64,000 bases of DNA from Candidatus Latescibacterota bacterium. Lineage in GTDB: Bacteria; Latescibacterota; UBA2968; GCA-2709665. Positions 1 to 10,211 of this stretch are shown one piece after another (within the stretch, counting starts at the first letter, position 1; every line of letters starts with the position of its first letter). The position numbers and the translations under genes are program-made. Below the pieces are notes generated by a model. That model was given only the letters and a program-made list of their open reading frames with translations. It had not been told where the DNA came from and did no database searches. The stretch covers positions 1,824,001-1,888,000 of the forward strand of contig OZ250150.1 in NCBI GenBank assembly GCA_965237675.1, read 5' to 3'.

Positions 1-1482
1 GATCCCTTCCGCTTCGTCAATTCCAGGGTGTACCACAATACAATTGCGGACAACCTCGGGTACGGGTGGGAACTGACCGGGGTCAACGTGAGTTCCAACG
101 TGTTCGTCAACAACATCTTCTATCGGAACGACAGGTGCGGGGGCAATGTCCAGATTGTGAGGGGAGCGGGAATTGCGGGCGACAACCTGTTTTTGAACAA
201 TGTATTCCGGGGCACGGAGGCCGGGCAGAGGGTGGTGCGGCACGGAGATCGGTTCTGGACGGTTGATGAGGCCAACGAGAATGCGGTGGTCCGCGGACAC
301 TGGCTGGAATTCGAGGATAACATAGACGTGGACCCCGGCTTTGTGAATTCCGAAAACCAAGATTTTCGCCTGCATGCGAACAGTCCGTGCATTGATGCCG
401 GACGTGCGCTGACGCGGACGAGGCTGGGCGGAAGGGGCCGGGAACTCCCGGTTGACGACGGCAGATACTTCTACGATGGGTTTGGGATCAGCGGCGAAAC
501 GGGAGACCGCGTAGCCATCGGGACGGGAGATCGGATTGCCCGTATCGAGAAAGTCCTGCTCAACTATTATCAGCCGGACCTGCTCGTTCTGGACCGGGAG
601 ATGGAATGGGAGGCCGGTGATCCCGTGAGCCTGCCCTGGTCCGGGGAGGCGCCCGATATCGGCGCATACGAACATGGGCTCCGGGGTTCCAGGCGAGTGA
701 TCGCAAAGGCCGAGCCGGCCGACGCCCAACCCGGGGAGAAAGTGAGTTTTCGTGTTGAACCTACGGGCACGGACGCCGCGTCTGTCGAGTGGGATTTCGG
801 CGATGGGAAGAGTCAGGAGCCACGCGAAGCGGTACACGTTTACCCGGAATGCGGACACTACACCGCCCGGGTCCGGGTGCGGTATGAGGACGGCGATGAG
901 GGCGTGGACGTGGCATTTGTGAAGGTGGAGCTGCCGGTGGATCCCGGCGCGCCGATGCTTGCGGTCGATTTTGAAGAAGATACGACACTCGATTGGGGGT
1001 ACCTGTTCAAGATCTACAGGGGAAACCGACTGACAGGGCACGGGTTCGTTAACCGTGGATCCGGCGGTGGCAGGTGCGTTCGGCTATTCGCGGAGGAAGA
1101 CGGGTCCGACCTGGGCTGTAGTCTCGCTCCCGGGGAATGGGATATCGACACGTACCCGTTCATCCGGTTTGCCTACAGGATCCCGGAGGGCGTGCCGGTG
1201 GGGCTGTGGCTTCAGGCATTTCCCGCGGAAGCGTACGGTGAGGGGATAGTGATTGTGGGGGGTACGCCGTCGCGCAATTGCGGACCCTACCCCGACACGG
1301 ACACCTGCAAATTGCTGGACGACGGCCAGTGGCACGATGCAAAACTTGATGCGCGGACGATACGGGAACAACTCAGGGACGTCCGTTATCTGCGCCGGTT
1401 CCGGTTCTACACACACCGGAATGCGAAAGAAGGACAGCATTTCTGGTTCGACGAGTTTGCGATTTTACCGGTTGAAGGCTAG
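1..1482 (+). CDS. 3' part of a parallel beta-helix protein with PKD domain and C-terminal carbohydrate-binding-like beta-sandwich (starts upstream of window)
   Basis: Frame open from base 1 (DPFRFVNSRVYHNTI...); Asn-ladder repeats (NNIF, NNVF), 'DP.FV....DFRL...SPCIDAG' and 'APDIGAYE' beta-helix end motifs, PKD signature 'WDFGDG...HVY...GHYTARVRV'. Confidence 0.75.
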   Translation, partial: DPFRFVNSRVYHNTIADNLGYGWELTGVNVSSNVFVNNIFYRNDRCGGNVQIVRGAGIAGDNLFLNNVFRGTEAGQRVVRHGDRFWTVDEANENAVVRGHWLEFEDNIDVDPGFVNSENQDFRLHANSPCIDAGRALTRTRLGGRGRELPVDDGRYFYDGFGISGETGDRVAIGTGDRIARIEKVLLNYYQPDLLVLDREMEWEAGDPVSLPWSGEAPDIGAYEHGLRGSRRVIAKAEPADAQPGEKVSFRVEPTGTDAASVEWDFGDGKSQEPREAVHVYPECGHYTARVRVRYEDGDEGVDVAFVKVELPVDPGAPMLAVDFEEDTTLDWGYLFKIYRGNRLTGHGFVNRGSGGGRCVRLFAEEDGSDLGCSLAPGEWDIDTYPFIRFAYRIPEGVPVGLWLQAFPAEAYGEGIVIVGGTPSRNCGPYPDTDTCKLLDDGQWHDAKLDARTIREQLRDVRYLRRFRFYTHRNAKEGQHFWFDEFAILPVEG

Positions 1483-1681
1483 TGTCCCGTCCCAGAAATA
1501 TGTTACCATCCATCCGCCGATTCATCCCGTCTCGCTGCGCCCGTTCTGGTCTCGTCTCTTCACGGCGCTGATGTCAACTGATTGGGTTTTTGGTTCAAGC
1601 TGACGGCTGAGAGCTGATAGCTGTTTTTGCTGCTTCTGATCGGCCGGATTTCGGCAATCTATTTCCGGGACAGAACACTCG
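1479..1681. mobile_element. MITE-like element (copy A), CTAG-bounded, ~20-bp imperfect terminal inverted repeats
   Basis: Left AGTGTCCCGTCCCAGAAATA vs reverse complement of right end AGTGTTCTGTCCCGGAAATA; first ~60 bp and last ~35 bp match the element at 7939-8107. Confidence 0.7.
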
Positions 1682-1714
1682 GACCCCGCAGTAAAACAAG
1701 GAATAATTGAGGAC

Positions 1715-3700
1715 ATGGAAACAAGCGGGGTGAAATTCCTTCCGAAGAAACAGCGATCGAAATCGAGGGAGGGGATCACCCTCAGGTCGGTGTGCATCGG
1801 CGTGCTGGCCGTGGTGGCGATCAACCTGTGGGTGACCTATGCGGAAACGGTCGTACACTCGTCCAGGCTCAACCTGAGTTTTTTTCAGCTGACGCTGCTG
1901 AGCATTTTCATCGCCCTTGTGGGCGGAGTGAACCCGCTGCTCAGGCGGATCCGTCGTGATGCCGTCCTGTCGCCTTCCGAGTTGTTGACGGTGGCGGCAA
2001 TCGGGATGGTTGGCTCGGTCGTGCCCACGTCGGGAATCACCGGGTTCCTGGTGGGGGTGATCGGAAGCCCGATCTATTTCGCAACTCCGGAAAACGGGTG
2101 GGCGGAATTCTATCATCCGCATCTCAAATCGTGGATGGTGCCGATGGACAGCGGCGCCCTGCGGGCTTTCTTCGAGGGTGGCGCGGTAGGCGTACAGCCC
2201 TGGAAGACGTGGCTGGCCCCACTGGCCTGGTGGGGCAGCCTGGTGGCCGCCCTCCTCGTGGGCTCTGCGTGCACGATGGTCATTCTGCGGAGGCAATGGG
2301 CCGAGAACGAAAAACTGGTCTATCCCCTTGCGGCGGTTCCGATCGAAATGGCGGAGGGCGCGTCGTCCGAAAGCGCGCTGCCGGATTTCATGAGAGGCCG
2401 GCTCTTCTGGTTCGGAGCGGCCCTCGCGTTCGGGCTGTTCGCCTGGCACGCGACGTCCTGGTTTTTTCACGGGATGCCGGGGATTCGTTTCTTTCCGCAC
2501 GCGGGTTACTTCCGCTTCACGCGCTACTCCCCGGGCGTCTATATCCAGCCCCTGCAGTTCTACACCATCGGCTTCGCGTATTTCGCCAACCTGCAGGTGC
2601 TGTTCAGCATCTGGTTCTTTTTCCTTGTGCACGTGGTGGAGGGCGGAATCTTCAACCGCCTGGGGTATCAGATCGAACGGTCCACCGATACGTTCAGTGC
2701 GGATCCCCCCACCGAGGCATGGCAGTGTTTCGGCGCGCTGGCGTGCCTGGTCGGGTGGCGGCTGTGGGTAGCCCGCGCGCACCTTCGGGACGTTTTCCTC
2801 AAGGCCATTCGCCCGGACCATCCGGTGGACGACGGCCGGGAAGTCCTTTCGTACCGCACGTCGGTATTGGGCCTCTTGTTGAGCGCGCTGTACGGGTTGT
2901 TCTGGCTCTATCAATCCGGCATGGACGTGATCTCGGCGGCGATGTTCCTGTTTGCCCTTGGCGTTATCTATATCGGTCTGGCGCGTGTCGTTTCAGAGGC
3001 AGGGGTGGCCTATGCCCAGGGCACGGTGACGCCGCAGGCCTTCGTGATGGACCTGCGCGGCACCTATGGGTTATCCGGCGCCTGCCTCACATCCATCGCG
3101 CTTTCCTACGCGCTGATAGACTATATGCGCGGACTCTTCACGCCGGGTCTGGCGCAGGCGGTGCGCCTGGCGGACCGCATCCGGGGCAACCGGCGCCTCC
3201 TGCTGTTCTGCGTGACCGTGGGGGTGTTCGCCGGGCTCGTCACATCGGTCTGGTTCACCCTTCACCTGGGCCATACGCACGGCGCGTACAACTTCTCGCG
3301 CCTGTTTTTCAACGGGAATCCCAAGGCGGTCTTCTCCACCACGTTGGGACAGATGCGCACGCCGGGAGCGCCCGAGTTGAGCCGGGTATTGTTCTTCGGG
3401 ATCGGCGCCGGCCTGATGGGGGCGCTCACGTTCCTGCGGTATCGTTTTTCCTGGTGGCCGATCCATCCCATCGGGCTGGCGGTTGCCGCCGCGGACAACG
3501 TGTACAGCCTGGCGATGCCGGTTTTCATGGCGTGGGCCGCGAAGGCGGTTGTCATGCGCGTTGGCGGGGTCGCCCTCTACCGCCGATCCAAGCCGCTGTT
3601 CCTGGGCCTGCTGGTGGGATACACGGCGGGCGTCGTGCTGGCCTTTACGGTCGACGCTGTCTGGTTTCCCGGTCAGGGACACCAGGTGCACTGGTGGTAA
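1715..3700 (+). CDS. DUF6785/DUF6784-like polytopic membrane protein (putative transporter), paralog 1
   Basis: 661 aa, many TM segments; motifs YFATPENGW, ILRRQWAENEKLVYPL, WWPIHPIG, terminal GQGH shared with 3823 and 24221; GAGGA RBS. Confidence 0.75.
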   Translation: METSGVKFLPKKQRSKSREGITLRSVCIGVLAVVAINLWVTYAETVVHSSRLNLSFFQLTLLSIFIALVGGVNPLLRRIRRDAVLSPSELLTVAAIGMVGSVVPTSGITGFLVGVIGSPIYFATPENGWAEFYHPHLKSWMVPMDSGALRAFFEGGAVGVQPWKTWLAPLAWWGSLVAALLVGSACTMVILRRQWAENEKLVYPLAAVPIEMAEGASSESALPDFMRGRLFWFGAALAFGLFAWHATSWFFHGMPGIRFFPHAGYFRFTRYSPGVYIQPLQFYTIGFAYFANLQVLFSIWFFFLVHVVEGGIFNRLGYQIERSTDTFSADPPTEAWQCFGALACLVGWRLWVARAHLRDVFLKAIRPDHPVDDGREVLSYRTSVLGLLLSALYGLFWLYQSGMDVISAAMFLFALGVIYIGLARVVSEAGVAYAQGTVTPQAFVMDLRGTYGLSGACLTSIALSYALIDYMRGLFTPGLAQAVRLADRIRGNRRLLLFCVTVGVFAGLVTSVWFTLHLGHTHGAYNFSRLFFNGNPKAVFSTTLGQMRTPGAPELSRVLFFGIGAGLMGALTFLRYRFSWWPIHPIGLAVAAADNVYSLAMPVFMAWAAKAVVMRVGGVALYRRSKPLFLGLLVGYTAGVVLAFTVDAVWFPGQGHQVHWW

Positions 3701-3822
3701 GCGCGAATCGTCTTTCCATCCTGGTTCATACCGCCAGGCGAAACCCGGATGTATGGGTCCCCCGGTAAAGGCTCCAACCTTCCTCGAAATAACCTGCCAC
3801 GACAGCATCCGATACGACATCT

Positions 3823-5793
3823 ATGGAATCCAAGTTCGTAAATGCTGCGGAACCACTGATTCGAAACCCCGAAAAGTCGCGACACGGGGTCACTCCGAGG
3901 TCTGTGGGCATCGGCCTGCTGATCGTGGTATTCGTCAATTTCTGGATCCTCTACTCTCTGTACCTCATCCGGGCTTCGTGGCTGCAGGTAACCCATTTCC
4001 CCATGGGGCTGTTCGTGCCCCTGATGCTGCTCGCGCTGCTTGTGAATCCCGCGCTCAGGGCGATCCGGCAAGGCAGGGGCCTGTCCCGGTCCGAGATTCT
4101 GGTGGTGGCCGCCATGGGGTTGACGGGCGCGGTGGTGCCCGGGTTCAGCCTGATGACGACCCTGCTGGGCACGATCTCGGTTCCGTATTACCTGGCGACG
4201 CCCGAAAACCAGTGGGGCGCCTTTTTTCATCTGCACATGCCGGACTGGATCGCACCGTCGAACCGCGGCGGCACGATGCGGATGCTGTTCGAAGGCCTCC
4301 CGTCCAGGGACGCGCCGATTCCCTGGGGCGCGTGGGCGGGGCCGTTGAGCTGGTGGATGGCCCTGGTAGGGGCCCTTGCCTTCGCTTCGATGTGCCTGAT
4401 GGTGATCCTTCGGCGCCAGTGGGTCGAGTACGAACGCCTGGTGTACCCGCTTGCCCAGGTGGTTGCGGACATGGCCGGAGACGCGCGGGACGGGGGTTCG
4501 TTTCCCGGGTTCATGCGGACACGGGCGTTCAAATTCGGTTTCGGCGCGGCCACGCTGGTGATGACGTGGAATATGATGTCGCATTTTGCGCCGGGGTTTC
4601 CGGAGATACCTCTCGGCATCCCGTCGCGCTGGACCACGTTTTTCAAGGGATTTCCTGCGCTCCATACGACGATCAATTTTTACACGATCGGGTTTGCGTA
4701 TCTGGCGAATCTGGACGTGCTCTTCAGTATCTGGTTTTTTCACTTTATGGCCATGTGGGAGGTCTTTATTTTAGGGAGGCTGGGCGTTGGCGGGATCTCC
4801 GGACGGGCAGCCGTATCGTGGCAGAGCTTCGGCGCGTTGTGCGCCCTGGTGGGTTGGGGGCTGTGGACCGCCCGGAAGCACCTCCGGCAGGTCATCAGGG
4901 AGGCGCTGCATCCGTCCCGACAGGATGCAGAGGAGATCCTGTCCTACCGCACGGCCGCTGCCGGCGTGGTGTTGAGTCTGATCTTTATCGTTGCATGGTT
5001 TCATAGTTCGGGCATGGGCCTGCTTCTTTCAGCAGTGCTCGTGCTCCTCTTTTTTGTGACCTACGTAGGTGTGGCGCGGGTGGTGGCGCAGTCGGGTCTG
5101 CTGTACGTCAGTTCCCCGATGTTTCCGCAAAGCGCGATTCTGAACGCCGTCGGTCCCGCGGAAATCCCTGGGCAGCAGATGACGGCCCTGGCCTTTTCGT
5201 TCGCCCTGCGCAACGACGGCCGTGGGCTCTTTATGCCCTCAATGGCGCATGTCGTGAAAATCGGTGACCTGATCGGAGGGGACCGGCGCCGGCTCGGCCT
5301 GGCCGTGGCGCTGGGCCTGGTCGGGGCGGTGGCGACGTCTGTCGGCCTGACCCTCTACTGGGGGTATACGATCGGCGCGTATAATTTCGGGAGTATCGCG
5401 CTGCTGCGGCGAACGGCGCCCACGTTCAATTCATTCGTGGGCATGATGTCCAGCCCGGACCCGGTGAAATCCGAGGTATTCGGATATTTCGGGGCTGGCT
5501 TTGCCGCGATGCTTCTGCTTACTTTCCTGCGATACCGCGTGCCGTGGTGGCCGTTGCATCCACTCGGGCTGGCGGTTACATGGTCGGGAATGACGGTGCA
5601 TTCCGTGCTCTCGGTGTTTCTTGCCTGGGCGGTCAAGGGGATTGTGCTGAAGGCAGGCGGCGTCTTTCTCTACCGGCGTTCGATACCGTTTTTCCTGGGA
5701 TTGATGATTGGTTATGCGTTGAACGTCGGTGTTTCGTTCCTGCTGGACGTCACCTATTTCGGCGGAGAGGGGCACGGAGTACATGCATATTGA
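3823..5793 (+). CDS. DUF6785/DUF6784-like polytopic membrane protein, paralog 2
   Basis: 656 aa; YYLATPENQW, ILRRQWVEYERLVYPL, WWPLHPLG, GEGHG motifs. Confidence 0.75.
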   Translation: MESKFVNAAEPLIRNPEKSRHGVTPRSVGIGLLIVVFVNFWILYSLYLIRASWLQVTHFPMGLFVPLMLLALLVNPALRAIRQGRGLSRSEILVVAAMGLTGAVVPGFSLMTTLLGTISVPYYLATPENQWGAFFHLHMPDWIAPSNRGGTMRMLFEGLPSRDAPIPWGAWAGPLSWWMALVGALAFASMCLMVILRRQWVEYERLVYPLAQVVADMAGDARDGGSFPGFMRTRAFKFGFGAATLVMTWNMMSHFAPGFPEIPLGIPSRWTTFFKGFPALHTTINFYTIGFAYLANLDVLFSIWFFHFMAMWEVFILGRLGVGGISGRAAVSWQSFGALCALVGWGLWTARKHLRQVIREALHPSRQDAEEILSYRTAAAGVVLSLIFIVAWFHSSGMGLLLSAVLVLLFFVTYVGVARVVAQSGLLYVSSPMFPQSAILNAVGPAEIPGQQMTALAFSFALRNDGRGLFMPSMAHVVKIGDLIGGDRRRLGLAVALGLVGAVATSVGLTLYWGYTIGAYNFGSIALLRRTAPTFNSFVGMMSSPDPVKSEVFGYFGAGFAAMLLLTFLRYRVPWWPLHPLGLAVTWSGMTVHSVLSVFLAWAVKGIVLKAGGVFLYRRSIPFFLGLMIGYALNVGVSFLLDVTYFGGEGHGVHAY

Positions 5794-5812
5794 AAGGCGG
5801 GCGAAGCGTAAA

Positions 5813-7066
5813 ATGCAAATGGGTCCCGTGATTTCCGCGGTTCTGTTATTCGGCTTTCTTCTAACCGCGTGTGACGGAACCGATGACGGATCTTCCGGTG
5901 ATACGGTGAAGCTGAGAATCGCCTGGATGGGGCCGGAACGGGAAGCGTTCCGGGCGTGGAAAAAGGACTTTGAAGGGGAACATCCCGATGTGGAGATCGA
6001 GCAGCGGTTTATCCCGTACGATCAGGGGCCAACCGTCTATAATACCATGATTCAGGGTGAAAATCTGCCGGATCTGGGATATCTGTTTATGGGGATGATT
6101 TCGGAGTATGCGGAGCGGGGGGTGCTGGAGCCGCTGGACGGATTTATGACGGCTGCCGAACGGGACGAGTGGATTGCCGCGGCGCTGAGCGCGGGCAATT
6201 ACAGGGGAAAGACCTACGGCGTGCCGTTGTGGGGGGCAAACCGGGTTCTGTATGTGCGCAGGGATTGGATGGACAAGGAAGGGATGACCGGCCAGCCGGA
6301 TACGTGGCAGGCGGTCCGGGAACTGGCAATAAAGCTGAACAAGCCGCCCGAGCGCTACGGGATCTGTGTGGGCGCGGGCCGGCCGAAACACCTGATGCAG
6401 GAACAGATCGCGATGATGTGGGGCTTCGGAGCCGATTTTTTCGACCGGGACGGAAAGCTGGCGATTAACAGCCCCGAGGCGGTGGCGTACGTGAAGTTTC
6501 TCACGGACATGCACCTCGTGGACAGGGCCATGCCGCCGGGCATCCTGAATCTGAACGCGGATGACTGTTATGCGGTGATGGACGCAGGCAAGGCAGGGCT
6601 GACGTTCAGCGGGCCGTGGCAGTACAAGCGGTGTCAGGATGCCGGGATTGCGTGCGAGCCGCTGGCGATGCCGGCGGGCAGGGACCGGAAGATGCTGTTG
6701 ATTCTGGATGTCTTCTCCGTGTTTTCCACGTCGAAGCAAAAGGATCTGGCGTATGAGTTCATCCGCTTTACGCAGCGGCCGGAGAATCGGGCGCTGATGG
6801 ACGTGGAGAACGGGGGCGTGCCGGTGACCAGGACCGTGTCGGAGCACGCCTATTACAGGACGGTACCGATCCGGAACTACCTGGCGCAGGTGGACCTGAT
6901 CAAGCTGACGCCGCAGCACCCGGAATGGACGAAGATCCAGGACGGATGGGGGGAGGCGATTCAGATGGTGCTGGCGGGTACGGCGTCTCCCCGGGAGGCG
7001 CTTGATACGGTTTATGCACGTCTGATGAGAGAACTGGAAGATCCAACGCTTCCCCGCAGCGAGTGA
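5813..7066 (+). CDS. Carbohydrate ABC transporter substrate-binding lipoprotein
   Basis: Lipobox LTAC after hydrophobic signal (ATG 5813 preferred); 'F...HPDVEIE', 'LPDL', 'GKTYGVP', 'P.HPEWTKI' SBP_bac_1 features; followed by two permeases. Confidence 0.88.
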   Translation: MQMGPVISAVLLFGFLLTACDGTDDGSSGDTVKLRIAWMGPEREAFRAWKKDFEGEHPDVEIEQRFIPYDQGPTVYNTMIQGENLPDLGYLFMGMISEYAERGVLEPLDGFMTAAERDEWIAAALSAGNYRGKTYGVPLWGANRVLYVRRDWMDKEGMTGQPDTWQAVRELAIKLNKPPERYGICVGAGRPKHLMQEQIAMMWGFGADFFDRDGKLAINSPEAVAYVKFLTDMHLVDRAMPPGILNLNADDCYAVMDAGKAGLTFSGPWQYKRCQDAGIACEPLAMPAGRDRKMLLILDVFSVFSTSKQKDLAYEFIRFTQRPENRALMDVENGGVPVTRTVSEHAYYRTVPIRNYLAQVDLIKLTPQHPEWTKIQDGWGEAIQMVLAGTASPREALDTVYARLMRELEDPTLPRSE

Positions 7067-7075
7067 GGAGGCTGC

Positions 7076-7942
7076 ATGGAGAGGGAGAAACGCAGGCTGG
7101 CGTACTTCTATGTTGCCCCGGCCGCCCTCTGGCTGCTTCTGTTTATGGGGTTTCCCATTCTGGATGTGATGGGAACGAGTCTCTATCACACGTCCTATAA
7201 AGGAGAGACGTTTGTCGGGTTGGGGAATTACCTGGGGCTTGTGGCGGACGATCTGTTTTTACTGGTGCTGAAGAATACGGCGCTGTGGACGGCGCTGGCG
7301 GTGACGATGAATGTGGGGCTGGGGCTGGGCGTGGCGCTGCTGTTGAGCCGGGGGTCGGCTTTCAGTGAATGGGTCCGGGGCATGCTGATCCTCGCCTGGG
7401 CTACGCCGCTGGTCGTGGCGGCTATCACCTGGAAATGGATGTACAACGGCGAGTACGGACATTTGAATTCGCTCCTGCTCGGCCTTCACATTATCGACAC
7501 GCCGGTTCAATGGCTGACGGATGCATCAACGGCCTTTGCCGGGGCGCTGGTAGCCCGCTTGTGGACCGCCCTGCCGTTTACGACGTTCGCGTTCCTGTCG
7601 GCGCTGCAGGCGATCCCTGTGGATCTGTACGAAGCGTCTATGATCGACGGGGCCACGGGACTCAGGCGATTCCGGCATATCACGCTGCCGCTGCTGAGAC
7701 CCGTCACCCTGGCGGTCCTGCTGGTCAGCGTTATCTGGTCGTTCAACAGCTTTGTGTTTATCTACGTGATTACGGCGGGAGGACCGGCAAACCAGACCCA
7801 GATTATGGTCACCGAAATCTACCGGCGGGCGTTCGGTTATTTCAACTTCGGGCAGGCCAGCACGTTGACCGTTCTGACATTCTTTCTGCTGCTTGCGATC
7901 AGTATTCTCCAGTGGCGCGTGCTATACAGGAGGGAGATCTAG
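7076..7942 (+). CDS. Carbohydrate ABC transporter permease (MalF/UgpA-like)
   Basis: FVGLGNY, EAA loop 'LQAIPVDLYEASMIDGA...RFRHITLPLL', TAGGP. Confidence 0.92.
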   Translation: MEREKRRLAYFYVAPAALWLLLFMGFPILDVMGTSLYHTSYKGETFVGLGNYLGLVADDLFLLVLKNTALWTALAVTMNVGLGLGVALLLSRGSAFSEWVRGMLILAWATPLVVAAITWKWMYNGEYGHLNSLLLGLHIIDTPVQWLTDASTAFAGALVARLWTALPFTTFAFLSALQAIPVDLYEASMIDGATGLRRFRHITLPLLRPVTLAVLLVSVIWSFNSFVFIYVITAGGPANQTQIMVTEIYRRAFGYFNFGQASTLTVLTFFLLLAISILQWRVLYRREI

Positions 7943-8107
7943 TGTCCGGTCCCGAAAATACCTCACCATTCTTCCGCCGATTCATCCCGTCTCGCTGCGT
8001 TCCCCTCGCTCGCCGACCTTGCGCAGGTCGCCTGCGCTCCGGCGCCTTGCGCGCCGGGCGACTCGGCGGCCGAATCCAGGCAACTTTTTTCCGGGACAGA
8101 ACACCAG
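7939..8107. mobile_element. MITE-like element (copy B) between the two permease genes
   Basis: CTAGTGTCCGGTCCCGAAAATA...TTTTCCGGGACAGAACACCAG terminal inverted repeats, GC-rich palindromic interior, homologous to 1479-1681. Confidence 0.72.
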
Positions 8108-8109
8108 CC

Positions 8110-8946
8110 GTGGGACGGATCCGCGTGCGGCCTGTCGACGGTTTGAAGGCGCTGCTGATGGTGGGCGTTGCCGCCTTTGCGCTGTTTCCGTTTCTGGTTG
8201 TCGTGGGAACCTCCCTGAAAACGCTGAGCGAGGTGTTTCAATCGCCGGCAACCCTTGTGCCGCGAATTATCGTGTGGCAGAATTACCTGGACATTTTCGT
8301 CCGGATACCGATGGCGCGCCATCTGGTGAACAGTTTGATTATTGCCACGGGAACGACGGTTCTGAACATCACGACCGCGGCGCCGGCGGCCTACGCCATG
8401 GCCCGCATCAGGTTCCGGGGGCGCGGGGTGTTCGGTCTGGGTATCCTTGTGATGCAGATGTTTTCACCCGTGATCGTCCTGATACCCCTGTTCAAGATGA
8501 TGAAGGCGCTCAATCTTCTGGATACCTACGGTGGCCTGATTCTGGTGAATACCGCCGTCACCCTGCCGTTCTCGATCTGGTTGTTGGCCGGGTTCTTCAA
8601 ACGTATTCCCGAAGAACTGGAAGATGCCGCGATGATCGACGGCCTCTCCAGGACGGGGATGCTGTTCAGGATCGCCCTGCCGCTGACGGGGCCGGGACTG
8701 GCAACGACCGCCATTTTTACGTTCGTGACCGCCTGGAACGAGTTCATCTTCGCCCTGGTGCTGGTCTCCAGAAGGGAGATGCAGCCGATTACGATGGCAC
8801 TCTATTCGTGGGAAAAGAACAATGTAGTGGAATGGAACTATCTGATGGCGACCGCTGTCGTGGCGACCATTCCCACCGTGCTGCTGTTTCTGCTGGTCCG
8901 GAGGCGGCTGACGGCAGGACTGATGTCGGGCGCGGTGAAGTCGTAA
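8110..8946 (+). CDS. Carbohydrate ABC transporter permease (MalG/UgpE-like); an alternative start at GTG 7942 reads through the MITE
   Basis: 'SLKT..EVF..P', 'NSLII', EAA loop 'IPEELEDAAMIDG', 'AWNEF', terminal 'GAVK'. Confidence 0.9.
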   Translation: MGRIRVRPVDGLKALLMVGVAAFALFPFLVVVGTSLKTLSEVFQSPATLVPRIIVWQNYLDIFVRIPMARHLVNSLIIATGTTVLNITTAAPAAYAMARIRFRGRGVFGLGILVMQMFSPVIVLIPLFKMMKALNLLDTYGGLILVNTAVTLPFSIWLLAGFFKRIPEELEDAAMIDGLSRTGMLFRIALPLTGPGLATTAIFTFVTAWNEFIFALVLVSRREMQPITMALYSWEKNNVVEWNYLMATAVVATIPTVLLFLLVRRRLTAGLMSGAVKS

Positions 8947-8972
8947 GCGCGTTGTGTCCTCAATTCCGGCGG

Positions 8973-10088
8973 TTATCCGAGGTTATCGCACAGCAGCGCG
9001 GCTCCGGTCTCCCGGTCGAAGAGGTGTAAAGCGGAGAGGTCGAACGCCGGGTGAACCTCCTCGTTCACCGACGGTGTCCGGTCTGCGGACACCCGGGCGA
9101 CACAGGAGGCGCGCCCAACGGTGAGGTAAAGATAGGTTTCGTGTCCCATCGGTTCGACCACTTCGACTTTCGCGGTGACTTCCTCCGCTTCCCTGAACCC
9201 GTGGGCCGAAGACCCGAAGGAGATGTGTTCGGGGCGGATTCCCAGGGTAACCCGCCGGCCGACGTGGTTCTTCAAGCGGTCGTGGAATCGTTTCAGGATG
9301 GAGAGGCGCACGGCGTCTCCAGAGAACACCAGGCCACCATCATGAATGAGTACGCCCTCCAGAAAATTCATCGAAGGACTGCCGAGAAAACCCGCGACGA
9401 ACTGGTTCGCCGGGCGCTGGTAGAGATTGATCGGAGCGCCGATCTGCTGAATTCGACCGTCTCGCATCACAACGAGCCGGTCTCCCATGGTCATCGCCTC
9501 GACCTGGTCGTGGGTGACGTAGATCATCGTGGTGCCGAGCCGGGTATGCAGCTTGGCGAGTTCGGTTCGCATTTGAACCCTCAGCCTGGCGTCCAGGTTG
9601 GACAGGGGCTCGTCGAAGAGGAAGGCCTTCGGTTTGCGAACGATAGCCCTGCCTACGGCCACCCGCTGGCGTTGTCCTCCCGACAACTCCTTCGGCTTCC
9701 GGTCCAGCAGGTCTGCAATTCCCAGGTTGTCCGCCGCCGCCCGCACCCGGGCGTCGATCTCGGTTTTCGGATATTTTCTCAGTTTCAGCCCGAAGGCCAT
9801 GTTTTCGTAGACGGCCATGTGGGGGTAGAGGGCGTAGTTCTGGAAGACCATCGCGATGTTCCGGTCTTTGGGAGGGAGGTCGTTCGCCACGCTTCCGTCA
9901 ATGTAGATTTCTCCCCCGGTCACTTCCTCCAGGCCGGCAACCAGTCGGAGGGTGGTCGATTTTCCGCATCCCGAAGGCCCGACCAGCACCACGAACTCCC
10001 CATCGTCAACGTGGAGGCTGAAGTCCTCTACCGCTACGGTGTTCCTGTTGTAGATCTTCCGGACGTTTTCAAGGGTTACGGTTGCCAT
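8973..10088 (-). CDS. Sugar ABC transporter ATP-binding subunit (MalK/UgpC family)
   Basis: Walker A GPSGCGKST, VFQNYALYPH, LSGGQRQRVA, DEPLSNLD, YVTHDQVEAMTMGD, C-terminal TOBE; start MATVTL at 10088. Confidence 0.95.
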   Translation of the reverse strand: MATVTLENVRKIYNRNTVAVEDFSLHVDDGEFVVLVGPSGCGKSTTLRLVAGLEEVTGGEIYIDGSVANDLPPKDRNIAMVFQNYALYPHMAVYENMAFGLKLRKYPKTEIDARVRAAADNLGIADLLDRKPKELSGGQRQRVAVGRAIVRKPKAFLFDEPLSNLDARLRVQMRTELAKLHTRLGTTMIYVTHDQVEAMTMGDRLVVMRDGRIQQIGAPINLYQRPANQFVAGFLGSPSMNFLEGVLIHDGGLVFSGDAVRLSILKRFHDRLKNHVGRRVTLGIRPEHISFGSSAHGFREAEEVTAKVEVVEPMGHETYLYLTVGRASCVARVSADRTPSVNEEVHPAFDLSALHLFDRETGAALLCDNLG

Positions 10089-10211
10089 CCTGTCCTTGCT
10101 CCCGGTGAGATGTGAGGGTCGAATTAAACTAAGCATATCCATTCAGAATAACAAGCTCCCCGAGATTCTTCCGGGGCTTTTGCTCCGTACATTTGACATG
10201 AGGGTATTCCA

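Noticed and set aside
2098-5006. Overlapping + strand ORFs of 556 and 507 aa
   Set aside because: Arg/Gly/Pro-rich off-frame readings within the membrane protein genes
7369-7941. 525-aa version of the second permease
   Set aside because: The N-terminal 191 codons overlap the first permease out of frame; real start is 7942 or 8110
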